Part shown: positions 17,210 through 21,337 of the stretch, piece by piece
Numbering within the stretch: position 1 is the stretch's first letter
How the letters are laid out: each line of letters starts with the position of its first letter
Origin: Candidatus Hadarchaeum sp.
GTDB lineage: Archaea; Hadarchaeota; Hadarchaeia; Hadarchaeales; Hadarchaeaceae
Assembly (NCBI RefSeq): GCF_049969415.1
Contig: NZ_JBMFOX010000021.1
Coordinates: 1-21,337, forward strand
Direction: 5' to 3'
DNA length: 21,337 bases
The notes under the pieces: model-generated
What the model was told of the DNA's origin: nothing
Seen by the model: the letters and a program-made list of their open reading frames with translations, nothing else
Database searches by the model: none
Made by a program: the position numbers and the translations under genes

Positions 17210-18316
17210 ATGACCAAAAAGGACTACTACGAAATCCTTGGGGTGAGCCGGGATGCCAGCCCCGAGGAGATAAAGAGGGCATTTCGCCAGCTGGCTAGAA
17301 AGTACCATCCGGATGTCAATCCTGGAAACAAGGAGGCCGAGGAGAAGTTCAAGGAGATTAACGAGGCGTTTCAGGTACTGAGCGACCCCCAGAAGCGGGC
17401 CCAGTACGACCAGTTTGGCCACGCCGCATTCAGGCCCGAGGACTTCATCGGCTTCAGGTGGCCCAGCTTCGACGAGCTCTTCAGGGATTTGGGCTTCGGG
17501 GACATCTTCGACGTTTTCACCGGCTTTGAGCGGGGCGAGCGGGCCCGGGAAGGCCGGGATTTAAGCGTCGAGGTCGAGATCTCGCTCGAGGAGGCCTTCC
17601 ACGGCCTGAGGACTACCATCGAGGTCCCTCATTTTTCCGAATGCCCAGCCTGCCACGGAACAGGGGCTAAACCTGGCTACTTGAGGAAATGTAACAGTTG
17701 CGGTGGTACCGGCGAGATTAGAAGGATACAGCGGAGCGCCTTTGCCCAGGTGGTGAACATAATCACCTGTCCCCGATGTCAGGGGACGGGAAGGGTGGTG
17801 GAAAGGATCTGTGAGGTCTGTCGGGGCAGCGGCAAGACCAAGAGGACGAGAAAGATTGAGGTTCAGATCCCGAGGGGCGTTAGCGACGGTCAGTATCTGA
17901 GGATTCCAGGTGAGGGAGAACCCGGTGAGCGGGGCGGGCCTCCGGGCGATCTTTACGTGGTGGTTCGGGTAAGGGAGCACGAGATTTTTGACAGACACGA
18001 CGGCGACCTTTTCTGTGTCACCACGATTGACCTCGGCACCGCTATCTTTGGCGGGGAGGTTGAGGTCCCGACGATAACCGGAAAGGCCATCCTCCGGATC
18101 CCGCCCGGGACGCAGAGCCACACAGTGTTCCGAATGCGAGGGCAGGGCATGCCTAACGTTCATACAGGCAAGAGGGGTGACCAGCTGGTGAAGGTGGTCG
18201 TGGAGATACCGGAGAGGCTGCCCAAGGACAGGGAGGCGTTGCTACGGGAGGTTTTCGAGAAAAAGGCCAGAACGAGAAAGGGATTCTTCGAGAGGCTGAA
18301 GGAGCGCGTCACTTGA
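17210..18316 (+). CDS. dnaJ: Chaperone DnaJ (class A)
   Basis: J domain with HPD, four CxxCxGxG repeats, C-terminal substrate-binding domain. Confidence 0.97.
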   Translation: MTKKDYYEILGVSRDASPEEIKRAFRQLARKYHPDVNPGNKEAEEKFKEINEAFQVLSDPQKRAQYDQFGHAAFRPEDFIGFRWPSFDELFRDLGFGDIFDVFTGFERGERAREGRDLSVEVEISLEEAFHGLRTTIEVPHFSECPACHGTGAKPGYLRKCNSCGGTGEIRRIQRSAFAQVVNIITCPRCQGTGRVVERICEVCRGSGKTKRTRKIEVQIPRGVSDGQYLRIPGEGEPGERGGPPGDLYVVVRVREHEIFDRHDGDLFCVTTIDLGTAIFGGEVEVPTITGKAILRIPPGTQSHTVFRMRGQGMPNVHTGKRGDQLVKVVVEIPERLPKDREALLREVFEKKARTRKGFFERLKERVT

Positions 18317-18361
18317 TTTTCCATTTAATTCCCGTCCCATCGGGAAAAGGGATTAAATCAA
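18313..18361 (+). terminator. Nested inverted repeat after dnaJ, possible terminator or operator
   Basis: TTGATTT...TTCCCG-TCCCAT-CGGGAA...AAATCAA. Confidence 0.35.
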
Positions 18362-18386
18362 GGCGGGTCTATTTTTAGCTGATGCC

Positions 18387-19574
18387 ATGTATCTGACGAA
18401 GGAACAGGAGCGCATGCTCGCCGGCGAGAAGGGTGAAGTCGTCGAGCGCATGTTTCGGTTGCTGGTCCGACTGGGTGAGGTCTACGGCGCGGACCGCATG
18501 ATTCCTGTGGCCTCGGCGCAGGTCGCCGGCGTTTCCTACAAGTCAATCGGTGACCCTGGCCTCGAGTTCCTTGAGGACATCGCCGCCCAGGGGGCACGGG
18601 TAGGGGTACCCACGACGCTGAACCCTCCCGGGATGGACCTTGTTGATTGGAAGGAGCTGGGCTTTCCCGAGGATTTCGCCCAAAAGCAGCTGAGGATCAT
18701 GGAGGCTTTTAGGAAAATGGGGGTCCTGATGACCGCGACCTGTACTCCCTACCTAGTCGGAAATTTACCGCGTTTTGGCGAGCACCTTGCTTGGTCCGAG
18801 TCCTCGGCGGTTTCCTTTGCCAACTCCGTCATCGGCGCCCGGACGAACCGGGAGGGCGGTCCCTCGGCGCTCGCGGCGGCCATCTGCGGCCTCACGCCCA
18901 ACTACGGACTACACCTCGACGAAAACAGAAAGCCCCACTACTTGATTGAGGTCAAGGCCGAACTGAGGAGCACCTCGGACTTCGGCGCGCTGGGATATTA
19001 CGTGGGAAAAATAGTCAAGGACAAGGTTCCCTATTTCCGGGGGATTAAGGAGGCCGATGTGGACCAGCTCAAGGCGCTCGGGGCGGCGATGGCGGCGTCG
19101 GGGGCGGTGGCGCTCTACCACGTTGAGGGAATCACACCAGAGGCCAAGCTGATGGATGTTTCCAGTCTGGAGAGAATCGGGGTCGGTGAACAGGAGCTCC
19201 GGGAGGCCCACGAAAAGCTGAACACCGGGGTCGACCCCGATATCGTGATTCTGGGTTGCCCGCACGCCTCGCTCAAGGAGATCGCCACGCTCGCAGCCAA
19301 GCTGGACGGGAAAAGGCTCAAGAAGCCGCTCTGGATCTGCACCTCGCGCATGACCAAGGAAGCGGCGACCAGAATGGGGCTAACGGCTGCGATAGAGGGG
19401 GCTGGCGGCAGGGTGGTTGCCGACACCTGCACCGTGGTGTCACCGATTGAGCGGATGGGTTACAGGACCATAGGGGTTGATTCCGGAAAGGCGGCGAACT
19501 ACCTGCCCGGGTTCTGCAAGCAGCAGGTGGTCTTCAGGAGCCTCGATGAATTGCTCGAGGAGCTGGTGGTGTGA
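18387..19574 (+). CDS. Aconitase X catalytic subunit, probable phosphomevalonate dehydratase large subunit
   Basis: TTLNP, TCTPY, AWSESSAVSFANSVIGARTNRE, GCPHAS, DTC (Fe-S Cys ligands). Confidence 0.92.
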   Translation: MYLTKEQERMLAGEKGEVVERMFRLLVRLGEVYGADRMIPVASAQVAGVSYKSIGDPGLEFLEDIAAQGARVGVPTTLNPPGMDLVDWKELGFPEDFAQKQLRIMEAFRKMGVLMTATCTPYLVGNLPRFGEHLAWSESSAVSFANSVIGARTNREGGPSALAAAICGLTPNYGLHLDENRKPHYLIEVKAELRSTSDFGALGYYVGKIVKDKVPYFRGIKEADVDQLKALGAAMAASGAVALYHVEGITPEAKLMDVSSLERIGVGEQELREAHEKLNTGVDPDIVILGCPHASLKEIATLAAKLDGKRLKKPLWICTSRMTKEAATRMGLTAAIEGAGGRVVADTCTVVSPIERMGYRTIGVDSGKAANYLPGFCKQQVVFRSLDELLEELVV

Positions 19575-19966
19575 AGGGGAGGACGATCAGCCCGGGAAAG
19601 GCCAGCGGCGCGGCGCTGGTTTCAAGGTCCCCGCTCAGCTTCTACGGCGGCGTCGACCCCAAGACGGGAATCGTCATTGAGAAAGGGCATGAGCTCGAGG
19701 GCGAGTGCGTCAAGGGACGGGTTCTGGTCTTCCCCCAGGGAAAGGGCTCCACGGTTGGCTCCTACGTCATCTACGGGCTGAAGAAGAATGGCGTGGCCCC
19801 CGCGGCCATTGTGAACCAGGAGACCGAGACCATCGTGGCCACCGGCGTCATCCTAGCCGGGATACCCTGCGTGGACAAAATTGACATCGGGAAGATTAAG
19901 ACCGGGGACAAAGTGGTGGTCGACGCCGACAACGGGACAGTGGAGATAGTCCAAGAAATCACCTGA
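19571..19966 (+). CDS. Aconitase X swivel subunit, probable phosphomevalonate dehydratase small subunit
   Basis: [21 protein letters not shown]; GTGA overlap with the large subunit. Confidence 0.92.
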   Translation: MKGRTISPGKASGAALVSRSPLSFYGGVDPKTGIVIEKGHELEGECVKGRVLVFPQGKGSTVGSYVIYGLKKNGVAPAAIVNQETETIVATGVILAGIPCVDKIDIGKIKTGDKVVVDADNGTVEIVQEIT

Positions 19967-21337
19967 TTTTCGTGGATAGCCTCTCCAACAGCAAACCGAT
20001 CGCGATCACCAAGAAGACAAGAATCAGGCCGGGAATTATGATTAATTCTACAGGTATGGGTGGAACTTCAGGCGCCAGGGTGGGTTGGGGCACCGAAGGA
20101 GTGGGTTTTGGTTTTGGGGTTGGTGTCGGCGTGGGCGTCGGGGTTGGCGTTGGAGTCGGTGTTGGGGTAGGAGTCGGCGTCGGGGTTGGCGTTGGTGTGG
20201 GCTGGGGTGGCGCAGCGGTTGAGGCAGAGCTCCCAAAAATGCCAAACAACGTCAGGTGGTTGACCCATCCCGAAACGGTGTTGTTGACCGTATCCACGGC
20301 GATGTTGTCGCACTGGTGCCAAGCGTTGTCCGTCGAGCTCCACCAGTAGATCTTCAGCGAGCTTTCATCAATTCCGGCCACGTCTTCATCGGTGTAGTGG
20401 AAGATGAGGCGTAAGTTTTCTGCTAGGTTCTCAGAGGTGCTGATGTCCACAAACAACCCGGCTTGGAGCAGGCTTTCGGGAAAGGCGATTTCGGAGAGCA
20501 CCGTTATCACCGTTATCGAGACCTCCCCGGCTTTGGCGGCATCCAAGGTGATGTCGGCCACCCCCGGCAGGCTGACGGCGTTGGTCCCTTGCGCCACGGT
20601 TTTGGAGGTCTGTTTCGAGACTGTGTTCTCAAAGAGCGCGGTGAGCCAAGGTGTGTAGCTCACGTTTGCGCTGACGTTGTCTCCCGTGCCGGGGCCAACT
20701 CCACCCGGGCCGTTGGGGTGGCCCCACCAGTTGTACCTGGCGTTGAGCTCCCCGTCACCACCGTTGTAGATCCCGTAGTTCCCGGCCTTGGTTGAGTTGC
20801 CGACGATGTTGTTATTGTTCACGGTTATTCCCGTGCTGTTAACTCCAGCCTCAACGTGAATCCCGGAGCCCACCGCCGTGTTGTTTGTGATGCGGTTGAA
20901 GCGGATGACCGCAAATGAGGTGCTCCCCTCGATATATATTCCGTGGGCATTGTTGTCGATGTAGTTATTCTCGATGAAGTTCCTGTAAGAATTGTTCAGA
21001 TAGATGCCGTAGCTGGAACTGCCACTGCATGTGTTTTTGCGGATGGTCGTGTTTTCAAATCTTTGTATGTAGATTCCGTAGTAGTTGTTCTCGCAGGTGT
21101 TGCTGTCTAAGATATTGTAGTCGGACGAGGACAAGTAGATCCCGTAGCCCACGGAGTACCCCCACTGGTAAGAGCAGTTGTTGTTGGAGATGGTGTTGTT
21201 GGACGAGGACTCTAGGTAAATGCCCCAAGAATTCCACATGCAAGTGTTGTTGTCTAGGGTGTTGTAGGACGAGGAGGACAGATAAATCCCAGTGCCATCT
21301 CCATCGTAGTTGCTCTCGCAGGTGTTTTTGCTCATTG
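19959..21337 (-). CDS. Cell-surface protein (5' truncated): parallel beta-helix (NosD/PbH1-like) repeats, beta-sandwich ending in HLT motif, PT linker, C-terminal TM anchor
   Basis: Repeats like GIYLxSSxxNxxxNNxC; ARYNWWG cap; WVNHLTLF; (PT)14; hydrophobic tail followed by ERLSTKIR. Confidence 0.85.
   Translation of the reverse strand, partial: MSKNTCESNYDGDGTGIYLSSSSYNTLDNNTCMWNSWGIYLESSSNNTISNNNCSYQWGYSVGYGIYLSSSDYNILDSNTCENNYYGIYIQRFENTTIRKNTCSGSSSYGIYLNNSYRNFIENNYIDNNAHGIYIEGSTSFAVIRFNRITNNTAVGSGIHVEAGVNSTGITVNNNNIVGNSTKAGNYGIYNGGDGELNARYNWWGHPNGPGGVGPGTGDNVSANVSYTPWLTALFENTVSKQTSKTVAQGTNAVSLPGVADITLDAAKAGEVSITVITVLSEIAFPESLLQAGLFVDISTSENLAENLRLIFHYTDEDVAGIDESSLKIYWWSSTDNAWHQCDNIAVDTVNNTVSGWVNHLTLFGIFGSSASTAAPPQPTPTPTPTPTPTPTPTPTPTPTPTPTPTPKPKPTPSVPQPTLAPEVPPIPVELIIIPGLILVFLVIAIGLLLERLSTKIR
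20118..20201 (-). repeat. Coding (Pro-Thr)14 low-complexity repeat
   Basis: 84 bp of alternating CCN/ACN codons, with a 20-bp exact duplication (20134-20153 = 20176-20195). Confidence 0.9.

Noticed and set aside
15756-18163. Antisense ORFs over dnaK and dnaJ
   Set aside because: Well-known antisense shadow frames of Hsp70/Hsp40 genes; fragmented.
19972-20349. Plus-strand ORF with a (GV)n repeat
   Set aside because: Reverse-complement reading of the PT linker.
20800-21337. AAC-rich repeats as a DGR template/variable region or CRISPR
   Set aside because: No reverse transcriptase, no adenine-specific TR/VR pair and no constant-repeat/spacer structure; these are Asn-rich protein repeats.

Overview
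Archaeal chromosomal segment, gene-dense and GC-rich apart from one strongly AT-rich patch at about 3.1-4.07 kb. Gene content (archaeal-type GlyRS, MptE, split MetE, the archaeal modified mevalonate pathway, grpE-dnaK-dnaJ) suggests a euryarchaeote-grade organism, perhaps Hadarchaea-like; this assignment is inference only. Order: partial CBS protein, glyS, AEC-family transporter, AT-rich region with two winged-helix regulators and iterated DNA motifs, a bipolar-charged small protein, DUF998, YgjP/M48-like peptidase, HAD hydrolase. Next is a minus-strand run: MetE-N, MetE-C, a secreted transglutaminase-like protein with pseudomurein-binding-like repeats, a JAMM protease and MptE. Then a plus-strand run: bPH membrane protein, mevalonate kinase, UbiD-type decarboxylase, grpE-dnaK-dnaJ, and the two aconitase X (phosphomevalonate dehydratase) subunits. 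The window ends in a partial surface beta-helix protein. Best leads: (1) a GPS/GAIN-like HL|T autoproteolysis motif in the membrane-anchored beta-helix protein; (2) a Methanobacteriales-style PMBR+transglutaminase protein in an organism that probably lacks pseudomurein; (3) a trypanosomatid-like mevalonate kinase in a mevalonate cluster split by the Hsp70 operon; (4) the AT-rich wHTH locus. All family calls come from motif recognition, with no database search. I saw no rRNA, tRNA, CRISPR array or transposase.
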